Shown here: one piece after another, positions 30,226 to 39,020 of the stretch | Layout of the letters: every line of letters starts with the position of its first letter | Numbering within the stretch: the stretch's first letter is position 1 | Assembly (NCBI GenBank): GCA_030603165.1 | Contig: JAUVYH010000001.1 | Span: 4,837 to 68,836 of the forward strand | Direction: 5' to 3' | Length of the DNA stretch: 64,000 bases | Source: Fidelibacterota bacterium | GTDB lineage: Bacteria; Fidelibacterota; UBA2242 | Made by a program: the position numbers and the translations under genes | The notes under the pieces: model-generated | Seen by the model: only the letters and a program-made list of their open reading frames with translations | What the model was told of the DNA's origin: nothing | Databases searched by the model: none

Positions 30226-31812
30226 TGTAGATAATTTTCTATTATGCAAGTTTTTATACAATGAAAACTATAAAAAAACTGTAATCTTAAAATTAATCTT
30301 CACTATGTGTACGTACACATAGTTAGTTTACATTAAATAGAATGTAATTGTCAAGTGTTTTATTGCTGGAATTGACCACCCCCGTTTTTTAGAATTCTAG
30401 TGTAATAGCGAGTTGGTGCTTGTTAATGTAGCATGTCTTTTTGTCAGGTAAGAATATTTTCGCCGTTACGGTAGCCAAAAGCATTTTGACTATCAGACCT
30501 ATTTTATAGTAGATGAATCCTAATATCTCATGCAGTCTATACTTTTCTATAGTTTTGATGGGACTGCATAGCAACAATTGATTATGGAGCGAACTTATCT
30601 CGGTGTATATTAAATACATAACAATAGTTAAAATTGATAACATCGTTCTCAAGCCCTCAAATTTTCTTAACTGAATATCTTCAAGATGGAATTGATTCTT
30701 GATATGTCGATGATATTCTTCGATTTTCCAGCGATAACCATATCCCCGAAAGGATTCTTCTACAACATCTCTTTCTGTTTTTTTATCGGTGGACACAATA
30801 TACCAACTATATCCTTTGCCTTCTCCCTTTAAAACAACCAGCCACAATTCATTTGGGAAAGGTAATCCGGTGTACTCATTGATAAACAGGACAGGAACAG
30901 CGCCGGCATAATAAATTTCCTTCCTGATTCGTTCTTCTTTATTTTCTGCGTCTCTAATCGATATTGGAGATTTACTTTTCTACTAATCCATTTCATACTT
31001 CTGACTTTTCCCCGATATATCAAATTACGTTTTCCTAATGATCGGATGATAAAGTTTAAACGCTTTCTTAATAATGGAACAATCAATTTTGTTCTATCTC
31101 CACCTCTGTCAATAACCCAGGTAAGTTGTTTGCCGACATGCTTTATTACAGTAAAGATTCCCTCCAGTATTTCACTATTCTCACTTTGTGTCCCCTCATT
31201 AAAGCTGTACAACTTGTTATAGAGCGGTGTGATTTGTTCTCCGGCGTGGTTTATTCCTATTATATTCATGAGCCGGTAGCCTATTCCGATAGAATCGGTG
31301 CTCCCATCGTGTACTCTTGCCAGCCCTTCCATCATTCTTGAATATTTCTTCTGAATATCAGATAAATCTAATATTGCATAATCACTCTTATTAATTTTGG
31401 AGCTAACCGACTGAATATGAGACTCAATCAATTTTCTCCAAAATCCTATCTTTTGAAAGTGACGCCGAAACCTCTCAAGCGTTTTCTTTAGTCGAATGCT
31501 ATCCTGAATATGAATTGCTATCTGGTTCATTGTAACCGATTGCCCTTTTAGTATTCCTAATACTGTTTCATGTACGAATCGGCTTTCCGGCTTTGTGATA
31601 TTCACAGATAATTTTTTAAGGTAATAGTTGAATTTTGTCTGTAACTTCTGTGTGTGTAATTTTGTCATAGTAACGCCTCCTTTTTTATGATTCTTTAACA
31701 ACCATAATTTAACAAATGGAGGCGTTATTATTAAATCATTTCTTCAAATAACTACCGTATTTATCAATTAGTTACGATAACACTATTACCGATTTCCAGA
31801 GGGTGCCAATCA
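30226..31812 (-). mobile_element. IS4-family insertion sequence, copy B (inverted, decaying)
   Basis: Nucleotide similarity to copy A across the whole element, including the tgtgtacgtacaca palindrome (30308..30321) and the SD-sequestering stem. Confidence 0.75.
30389..31701 (-). pseudogene. IS4-family transposase disrupted by 1-bp deletion (two ORFs 30829..31701 and 30389..30847)
   Basis: Copy A 'aagaagaaccgcatcaggaagg' versus the reverse complement of copy B 'aagaagaacgaatcaggaagg' (around 30945). ~90% aa identity to copy A on both sides of the frameshift. Confidence 0.8.
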
Positions 31813-31908
31813 ATTTATAAACACTGCCGCTTTTTACCAATGGAATACCTTTGATGATTTTTTCCTCTGAAGTTACCCCAAAATTTAAGCGCTGTACCTT
31901 GGTTAATA

Positions 31909-32026
31909 GAGGAAATAAGGGAATAAGGGAAATAGGGGAAATATTGATGAGATTTCTAATATATCAGAAACCAGATAAAATCTACCAAATGAAATCTTAT
32001 ACCCCTTATATCCTTATATCCCTCCT
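31909..32026. repeat. Tandem GGAAATAAGG-type octamer array plus inverted GGGATATAAGG array (related to 56246..56342)
   Basis: 'ggaaataagggaataagggaaataggggaaata' (31911..31941) and 'cttataccccttatatccttatatccctcc' (31996..32026). The second is the reverse complement of the motif present at 56251..56283. Confidence 0.5.
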
Positions 32027-32269
32027 GCCTGCCCTCGGAAAGGGGAGGTCGATTGGAATATCCATGAAACAAGGCTTTTTCCAGCTCAACTTTCCTAAAT
32101 TACTATTCCACTTGTCAATGTGTTTTATCATCTTTAAATATAAAATATTGCGCTATAAGGGATTTCCAATTTCGGGGGAACTTTAGTTTTTCCTCTATTG
32201 AATCTTTCACAACATATATACAATCTCAGCAGTTTGATTCCTTGACATTTAAGCAAATAGAATGGAAAT

Positions 32270-33091
32270 TTGCTCATTATGAAAGATTTAAACTGGTATT
32301 TTCCCAAATCCATTGCCGAAGCTGTCGATTTAGTGCAGCAAGGTAAAATTCTTCCTCATGCAGGCGGAACAGGTCTGTTGCCAAGAGGTTTCACCGGAAT
32401 TGGCGGGCTCATTGATCTTTCCCGCCTGCCATTACATTATTCTAAAATTGAAAATGGTTCCGTTGAAATCGGCAGTATGAGTACTTATGCCGAAGTTGTC
32501 TCCGCATTAATGGCGATTAACCCGGAACATATTCTGGTGAAATCCTTGCGCAATTCCGCCAATACGCCCCTCAGAAACAGGATAACAATCGGCGGCAGCA
32601 TCGCCTTTTTTCCACCCTGGTCGGATCTTATGGGCGCACTGCTGGCGCTGGAAGCAAAGTTGGTGTTGGTCGGCAAGAACAGCGGTGAATTTTCAGTGAC
32701 CGATTATGTGACGAACAAAACCTTGCGGGAAAAATCGCTGATAACTGCGGTCAAATTCAACTTGTCGAATTTGCGCTCTTACCATTACCGTGACATTCGG
32801 ACTAAAAGCGACTATCCGGCTTTCAATATCACAATCCTGTTGAAACAAAGCATGAATAAAATCGAAAACAGCCGGGTTATTATTGTCGGAACTGTAAAAA
32901 AGTATAGCCGTCTCACAACTATTGAAGAATATCTGAAAAACCGGGATGTTGGAAAAATCAATATCGAAGAAATTGAAAAATTGGTTGAAGTTAAATTCGC
33001 CGGTAAAAGAATAGACGATCCGGAGTATTCAAGTTATTTAGCCGGTGTGGAGCTGGGCAGAGGAATCGAACAGCTATTGAGAGGACATTAA
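32270..33091 (+). CDS. Molybdenum hydroxylase FAD-binding subunit (CoxM/XdhB/YgfM-like)
   Basis: 'LPHAGGTGLLPRG', 'TIGGSIAFFPPWSDL'; 273 aa; stop overlaps the FeS subunit start. Confidence 0.8.
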   Translation: MLIMKDLNWYFPKSIAEAVDLVQQGKILPHAGGTGLLPRGFTGIGGLIDLSRLPLHYSKIENGSVEIGSMSTYAEVVSALMAINPEHILVKSLRNSANTPLRNRITIGGSIAFFPPWSDLMGALLALEAKLVLVGKNSGEFSVTDYVTNKTLREKSLITAVKFNLSNLRSYHYRDIRTKSDYPAFNITILLKQSMNKIENSRVIIVGTVKKYSRLTTIEEYLKNRDVGKINIEEIEKLVEVKFAGKRIDDPEYSSYLAGVELGRGIEQLLRGH

Positions 33092-33564
33092 TGGAAAGCG
33101 TATTTACTGTTAACGGGAAAAATATAAAATTTACCTTTACACCTGACGAAAGACTGCTTTTTACATTGCGAGAAAACGGATATACCGAGGTGAAAAACGG
33201 CTGCCAGGAAGGCGAATGCGGCGCCTGTTTAATTTTGCTTGATGATAAACCCGTAAATTCCTGCCAGGTGCTCACGGCATCCGCCATCGATAAAAATATC
33301 AAAACGGTGAAAGGAATTGGCGACTTGCATTCTCCGCATATCATTCAACGCGCTTTTGTTGAGACCGGAGCCGTGCAATGCGGTTTTTGCACACCGGGAA
33401 TGATTATTGCGACCTATGCTTTATTGCGGGATAATCCGAATCCTACGGAAGAAGAAATAAAAAACGCACTGGACGGCAATCTCTGCCGCTGCACCGGTTA
33501 TGTAAAGATTATCGAAGCGGTTCAGCTGGCTGCCGAACGGATGAAGAATAGAGAATTGGAGTGA
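33091..33564 (+). CDS. Molybdenum hydroxylase [2Fe-2S] small subunit
   Basis: 'GCQEGECGACLILLD..NSCQVL' and 'QCGFCTPGMI...LCRCTGY' give both 2Fe-2S cysteine clusters; 157 aa. Confidence 0.88.
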   Translation: MESVFTVNGKNIKFTFTPDERLLFTLRENGYTEVKNGCQEGECGACLILLDDKPVNSCQVLTASAIDKNIKTVKGIGDLHSPHIIQRAFVETGAVQCGFCTPGMIIATYALLRDNPNPTEEEIKNALDGNLCRCTGYVKIIEAVQLAAERMKNRELE

Positions 33565-33657
33565 TGGAGTGTTGAAACGTGGAGTATTGGAGTTTTGGAG
33601 TATTGTTTACAATAGTCTTTACATTACTCCTTTACTCCAGTACTCCACCACTCCAAA
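33556..33657. repeat. Long imperfect inverted repeat built from (GGAGT-N3) units / (ACTCC-N3) units
   Basis: Left arm 'ttggagtgatggagtgttgaaacgtggagtattggagttttggagtattg'; right arm 'cattactcctttactccagtactccaccactccaa'. The outer 16 nt pair 14/16. Overlaps the stop of the FeS gene. Confidence 0.6.
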
Positions 33658-33743
33658 CAAATTTTAAGCGGAGATAAATGTAAACCATGCCCGATTATTA
33701 TTAGTTAGATTATGATTAACTTTGCGTAAACAGGACTTGTATA

Positions 33744-35063
33744 TTGAAGAAAATGCATAAAATAATAAACGGTGACAGTCGACAGATGAATCTTGTCTCT
33801 GATAAGTCGGTACAATTGGTAGTAACATCCCCACCGTATTGGCAGCTGAAAGACTACGGAACAGAAAACCAAATAGGATATCATGAAGATTACGAAACGT
33901 ATATTAATAGCCTGAATTTGGTTTGGAAGGAATGTTACCGTGTGCTCGATAATGGTTGCCGTTTATGTATTAATATCGGAGACCAATTTGCTCGCGCTGT
34001 CTATTATGGACGTTATAAAGTTATCCCAATTCGAACTGAGATAATCAAATTTTGTGAAAGTATCGGATTTGATTATATGGGGGCTATCATTTGGCAAAAA
34101 CAGACCACCACTAACACGACAGGTGGTGCATCATTAATGGGAAGCTATCCTACGCCAAGAAACGGAATAATCTCTATTGATTATGAATTTATCTTATTGT
34201 TTAAAAAGTTAGGCTCACCACCTAAAGTAAGTAGGGAAATAAAGGAACAATCGAAACTTACAAAAGAAGAATGGAAAGAATATTTTTCAGGCCATTGGAC
34301 TTTTGGTGGAGCCAGGCAAGATGGTCATATTGCCATGTTTCCTGAAGAATTACCAAAGAGACTAATAAAAATGTTCGCTTTTAAGGGTGAGACAGTATTA
34401 GACCCTTTTATGGGGAGTGGAACAACATCTTTAGCTGCAAGAAACTTAAATAGAAATTCGATCGGCTATGAAATTAATCCCGACTTCATTGAGATAGCCA
34501 AAAAGAAACTGGGCGTTAACTATACAGATATTTCGGGAATAAAATATGAGTTCCCGAAAGATAGTTTCAATTTAGACATAGAAAGAAAACTTAATAATCT
34601 TCCTTACAGATTTGTTGATTTACAAAAGCTTGATAAAAAAATCGATCCCAAGAAAATGAGATTTGGGTCAAAAATAGATCAACATAATTTTCAAAGAGAA
34701 GAATATTACTCCGTAAAAGAAGTTCTCAGTCCTGAACTTATTAAATTAAACAATGACCTTGTGGTTCGCCTTATTGGTGTTAAACAAAAAGAATCTACAA
34801 ATGGACGAGCAATAAAGTTTATAATTGATAAAACAAAAGGGCAGAAGGTTTTTTTAAAATTTGATAATCAGAAATATGATAATGCAAACCATCTTTTATG
34901 CTATCTGTATTTAAAGAATAAAACTTTTATCAATGCTCACCTTATTAAAGAGGGCTTGGTTGAGCCGGCAACATCATTCGATTTTAAATACAAAGACAAA
35001 TTTTTTACTTTGAGCAATAATAAAGACACCATTAACCAGATGGAACAGATTATACAATGTTGA
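33744..35063 (+). CDS. Orphan beta-class DNA methyltransferase (N6A/N4C; motif IV SPPY before motif I) with C-terminal SNase/thermonuclease-like domain
   Basis: 'LVVTSPPYW' (motif IV), 'VLDPFMGSGTTSLAA' (motif I). C-terminal 'VVRLIGVKQKES...HLLCYLYLKNKTFINAHLIKEGLVE' resembles the SNase OB-fold (..RLLLVDTPE...[24 protein letters not shown]), but DTPE is replaced by KQKE. Appears AT-richer by eye. Confidence 0.75.
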   Translation: MKKMHKIINGDSRQMNLVSDKSVQLVVTSPPYWQLKDYGTENQIGYHEDYETYINSLNLVWKECYRVLDNGCRLCINIGDQFARAVYYGRYKVIPIRTEIIKFCESIGFDYMGAIIWQKQTTTNTTGGASLMGSYPTPRNGIISIDYEFILLFKKLGSPPKVSREIKEQSKLTKEEWKEYFSGHWTFGGARQDGHIAMFPEELPKRLIKMFAFKGETVLDPFMGSGTTSLAARNLNRNSIGYEINPDFIEIAKKKLGVNYTDISGIKYEFPKDSFNLDIERKLNNLPYRFVDLQKLDKKIDPKKMRFGSKIDQHNFQREEYYSVKEVLSPELIKLNNDLVVRLIGVKQKESTNGRAIKFIIDKTKGQKVFLKFDNQKYDNANHLLCYLYLKNKTFINAHLIKEGLVEPATSFDFKYKDKFFTLSNNKDTINQMEQIIQC

Positions 35064-35324
35064 TTTTTTTATTAAAATTCAGGACAAATTTATCGGTCTT
35101 CAAATTAAACCAGTAAATCAGGGGATACAACTATCTCAAATATTTAAAGAAAAAGGACTTCAAGAAAAAACACACCGAAAATTCGAAAAAGAATTTGGCG
35201 GGAAAGTCTTTTACATATTTTCATCAAAAGCAAATGGAAAAAAGGTAATTGTCAACACGGATATAATAGACGAGATCAGGAATGAGATAAAAAAACTCGA
35301 AACACTTCAAGAAGTTAAATAATT

Positions 35325-37649
35325 ATGAATAAATATATGATCATCGGTAAATCCGAAAAGAAAATTGATTCCCTGTCCCTGGCGACAGGCAGCAGCAGGT
35401 TTGTTGAGGATTTTGAAGTCAAAAACCCACTCTATCTTGCCTTTTTGTATTCGCCTTATGCACACGCTGAAATCCTGGACATCGACGATCGGAATGCTCG
35501 CAATATTACCGGTGTGGTTGATGTTTTTCATTATCAAAATGTCAAACCGGTTTTACATACAACTGCGGGGCAGGGATTTCCGGAGCCGTCACCCTATGAT
35601 ACGGTTTTGTTTGATAAAAAGGTGCGCTATGTCGGCGACAGAGTTGCCGTTGTCGCGGCTGAAAGTCTGGCAATCGCCACAGATGCCACGAAATTAATAA
35701 AAGTTGACTATAAAATTCTCGAACCCCTGTTTGACCCGGAAAAATCGATGCAGAAAGGTGCGCCGATCCTCCACGGTAAAGACCGCTATGCACCCATCCC
35801 GGTTAAATACGAGCCCGAGCATAATCTGGCGGCGGAAGTCGAAATCGGTTTTGGAAATATGAAGAACGGCGAAGTGGAAGCTGACTTTATTATTGACGAA
35901 ACATATCATGCCCATTATGGTTCTCACTGCGCTATTGAACCCCATGCAGCGCTATCGTTTTTCGATGAAATGGGACGGCTGGTAATTGTTTGTACAACGC
36001 AAGTGCCCTTTCATGTACGCCGAATCGTCTCCAGAGTTTTAGAATACCCGCTTGCGAAAATCCGGGTAATTAAGCCTCGTATCGGTGGAGGATTTGGCGG
36101 TAAACAGGAGGTTTTTCTGGAACCCGTCGTCGCTTTAGCCACTATTCGTCATAAACGACCAGCGAAAATCGTACTCTCCCGCAAAGAGGTTTTTCAATCC
36201 AGCCGCACCCGGCATCCTATCAGGATCAGGTTGCGCACTGGCGTAAAGAATGACGGTGAAATCACCTCCCTGGAAATGGACGCCCTGCTTAATTCCGGTG
36301 CCTATGGGACTCATGCACTTACAGTTCTGTCCAATAACGGCGCCAAAGTTTTACCGCTGTTTAATAAAATAAAGAATCTTCATTTTATCGGTAGGTCGGT
36401 CTATACCAATTTGCCGGTAGGCGGCGCGTATCGCGGCTATGGCGCAACTCAGGGATATTTTGCACTTAACCAGCAGCTGGATATCATCGCCCGCAAACTG
36501 GACATAGATCTTCTGGATTATATTAAGAAAAACCATATTAGAGAAGGCGAAACCTCACAGGTTTTTAAAGCTCTCGGTGAAGGCACGGAAGGCGTCACCC
36601 AGATTATCAATTCCTGTAAACTGGATGAATGTATTGACATTGGCGCTGAAGAAATCGGCTGGTATGAGAAGCGGGATAAACGCCTGAGCGACGGTGATAA
36701 GGTTCGCGGTGTCGGCGTTGCGGTTTCCATGCAGGGCTCCGGGATTCCACTGATCGACATGGGCAGCGCTTCCATGAAAATGAACGACGACGGCTCATTT
36801 AATCTGGATATAGGAGCTACTGATCTTGGAACCGGTTCCGATACTATCCTGGCTCAGATCGCGGCGGAAGTTCTGGGGATTGGTTTGGATAAAATAATTG
36901 TGCTTTCGTCCGATACGGATAGAACACCTTTTGACGTCGGCGCTTACGCTTCATCCACAACCTATATATCCGGCGCTGCCGTGAAAAAATGCGCCGAGAA
37001 AATCAAAGAACAGATTATTAGTGTAGCTGCAAAAATGCTGAACAGCGGTAAAAACGAATTGTATCTCGCAGAGGGTAAGGTCATTGATAAAAAGAAAAGT
37101 AAAGAACTTAGCCTTGCTGAAGTAGCCGCCCATTCTCTTTATACCAAAGATCAATTTCAAATCCAGGCTAATGCGTCACATGTCGCAGAACAATCACCAC
37201 CGCCTTTTATTGCTCAGTTTGCCGAAGCTGAAGTGGACAAGAAAACCGGGAAAGTTCGCATTATAAAATTTGTTTCGGCGGTTGATTGTGGGCAAGCAAT
37301 CAATCCCAAACTTGCCGAAGGGCAGATTGAAGGTGCAGCCGTCAACGGCATTTGTTACGCTCTGACCGAGCAGTACAAATTTTCCTCCAGTGGAAATTTG
37401 CTGAATAAAAGTTTCCGGGATTACAAAATCTGGACAGCGGCGGATTTGCCGGAGTTCAGGACTTTTGTTGTGGAATCCCATGAAGAGACTGGCCCCTTCG
37501 GCGCAAAATCGGTGGGTGAAATCGGTATAAACGGTCCTATGCCTGCCATTGCCAATGCAATATATGACGCAGTTGGTATCAGATTGTATAAAGCGCCATT
37601 TACCCCGGAAAAAGTCTATCGCGAAATGAAACGGACGGGAAAGATTTGA
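35325..37649 (+). CDS. Molybdenum hydroxylase large (molybdopterin-binding) subunit, xanthine-dehydrogenase family
   Basis: 774 aa; 'GGGFGGKQE' Mo-site motif, 'FGAKSVGEIGINGPMPAIANAI' C-terminal motif. Confidence 0.85.
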   Translation: MNKYMIIGKSEKKIDSLSLATGSSRFVEDFEVKNPLYLAFLYSPYAHAEILDIDDRNARNITGVVDVFHYQNVKPVLHTTAGQGFPEPSPYDTVLFDKKVRYVGDRVAVVAAESLAIATDATKLIKVDYKILEPLFDPEKSMQKGAPILHGKDRYAPIPVKYEPEHNLAAEVEIGFGNMKNGEVEADFIIDETYHAHYGSHCAIEPHAALSFFDEMGRLVIVCTTQVPFHVRRIVSRVLEYPLAKIRVIKPRIGGGFGGKQEVFLEPVVALATIRHKRPAKIVLSRKEVFQSSRTRHPIRIRLRTGVKNDGEITSLEMDALLNSGAYGTHALTVLSNNGAKVLPLFNKIKNLHFIGRSVYTNLPVGGAYRGYGATQGYFALNQQLDIIARKLDIDLLDYIKKNHIREGETSQVFKALGEGTEGVTQIINSCKLDECIDIGAEEIGWYEKRDKRLSDGDKVRGVGVAVSMQGSGIPLIDMGSASMKMNDDGSFNLDIGATDLGTGSDTILAQIAAEVLGIGLDKIIVLSSDTDRTPFDVGAYASSTTYISGAAVKKCAEKIKEQIISVAAKMLNSGKNELYLAEGKVIDKKKSKELSLAEVAAHSLYTKDQFQIQANASHVAEQSPPPFIAQFAEAEVDKKTGKVRIIKFVSAVDCGQAINPKLAEGQIEGAAVNGICYALTEQYKFSSSGNLLNKSFRDYKIWTAADLPEFRTFVVESHEETGPFGAKSVGEIGINGPMPAIANAIYDAVGIRLYKAPFTPEKVYREMKRTGKI

Positions 37650-37736
37650 TCTTAAAGAATGGTAAAATATCATTATCAGGTAAAAGAACTTTTCAACATC
37701 TTGACCTGTCGGAATTCAAGATAGGACATATACTAT

Positions 37737-39020
37737 ATGGCTGAAAAATATATTATCGGAAACGGAATCATAACCGACGGCTTTTCGTTTCTGATTGAAG
37801 ACGGCGCTATAGAAATTGAAAACGGTATAATCAAGCAAATTGGCAAAACCGATGAATTGAAAAGTAAAAACGTGGAATTCTTTAATTTGCAGGGTCGGCT
37901 GGTTCTTCCCGGTTTGCTCAATCCCCATCATCACCTCTATTCGGCTTTGGCAACTGGAATTTCTCCAATCGGTGAAACCGATAATTTTACCCAAATTCTT
38001 GAAAATCTCTGGTGGCATTTAGACAAAAGTCTTGATGAAGAATCTATCTATTATTCGGCTCTTTACGGACTTATTAAATCGGTAAAATACGGTGTGACGA
38101 CCATATTTGATCACCACGCTTCCATGAATTACATTTCCGGGAGTCTTCGGCTAATTGAAAAGGCATTCAAGGAAATTGGCGTTAAAGGATTGCTATGTTA
38201 TGAAATCTCCGATAGAATGGGCGAGAAAGCGATACCTCAGCAACTGGACGAAAATATTACTTTCCGGGAAGATCATATTGATGATAAAAACGTTCATGGT
38301 TTGCTTGGATTGCACGCCAATTTTACACTAAGTGAAGAAACGTTAGCGTTGATCAAACAACGGAAACCGGCGGACCTGCCCATTCACATTCATTGCGGCG
38401 AAGACAAGGCGGATATGCAGTATTGTGTTGATCACGGCTATGACGGACCGGTGCATCGCCTGCATGAATTTGGACTTTTATCGCCTAACTCTCTGCTTGC
38501 CCATTGCATTCATCTATCGCCCAAGGATTATGACATTATTCGTGAAATTCAGCCGATTATCATTTCCAACCCGGAATCCAACGCCAATAATAACGTTGGT
38601 GAAATGGACCTGTCTAAAATTGAAAAATACTGCCTCGGCACCGATGGCATGACGGGCAATATACTCGGCACTATGCGTTCACATTTTCTTCGGCACAATG
38701 GAAAGATTAGCCAGCCGCTGGATATTCTATTTCAATATTCCGGAAACATTGTGAAACGGTTTTTCCCTGATTCCGGTGCGCTGGAGATCGGAAAAAACGC
38801 CGACCTGGCTGTCACAGATTATATCCCCGTGACGGGGATTAATCTTGATAACCTGTTTTATCATCTTATCTTTGGGGTCGAAGGACAAAAAATGTATATG
38901 ACGATCTCCGATGGAAAAATCCTATATAAAGATGGGGAAATTCAAACTATTGGCGAAGAAGAAATTATTGCAAAAGTAAAAAAAGCGGCTCAGAAACTAC
39001 ATAAAAAATACTATGAGTGA
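37737..39020 (+). CDS. ssnA: SsnA-like amidohydrolase (chlorohydrolase/aminohydrolase superfamily)
   Basis: 'LPGLLNPHHHLYSALATG' metal-binding HxH; 427 aa; position between the xdh large subunit and the ygfK-like gene, as in E. coli ygfK-ssnA. Confidence 0.65.
   Translation: MAEKYIIGNGIITDGFSFLIEDGAIEIENGIIKQIGKTDELKSKNVEFFNLQGRLVLPGLLNPHHHLYSALATGISPIGETDNFTQILENLWWHLDKSLDEESIYYSALYGLIKSVKYGVTTIFDHHASMNYISGSLRLIEKAFKEIGVKGLLCYEISDRMGEKAIPQQLDENITFREDHIDDKNVHGLLGLHANFTLSEETLALIKQRKPADLPIHIHCGEDKADMQYCVDHGYDGPVHRLHEFGLLSPNSLLAHCIHLSPKDYDIIREIQPIIISNPESNANNNVGEMDLSKIEKYCLGTDGMTGNILGTMRSHFLRHNGKISQPLDILFQYSGNIVKRFFPDSGALEIGKNADLAVTDYIPVTGINLDNLFYHLIFGVEGQKMYMTISDGKILYKDGEIQTIGEEEIIAKVKKAAQKLHKKYYE

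Noticed and set aside
31851-32186. 111-aa ORF spanning the GGAAATAAGG repeat arrays
   Set aside because: Its translation (..NKGIREIGEI..) is just the tandem repeat read in frame; the region is better explained as a repeat/regulatory element.
31950-32270. Possible Moco riboswitch or structured leader upstream of the first xdh FAD-subunit gene (ccctcc...ggaggg stem around 32021..32050)
   Set aside because: Could not match the Moco RNA consensus by eye; needs a covariance-model scan (Rfam Moco_RNA_motif).
35014-35322. ~100-codon open frame after the methyltransferase
   Set aside because: Contains no ATG/GTG/TTG start codon in frame; kept only as a possible gene relic inside a finding, not as a feature.
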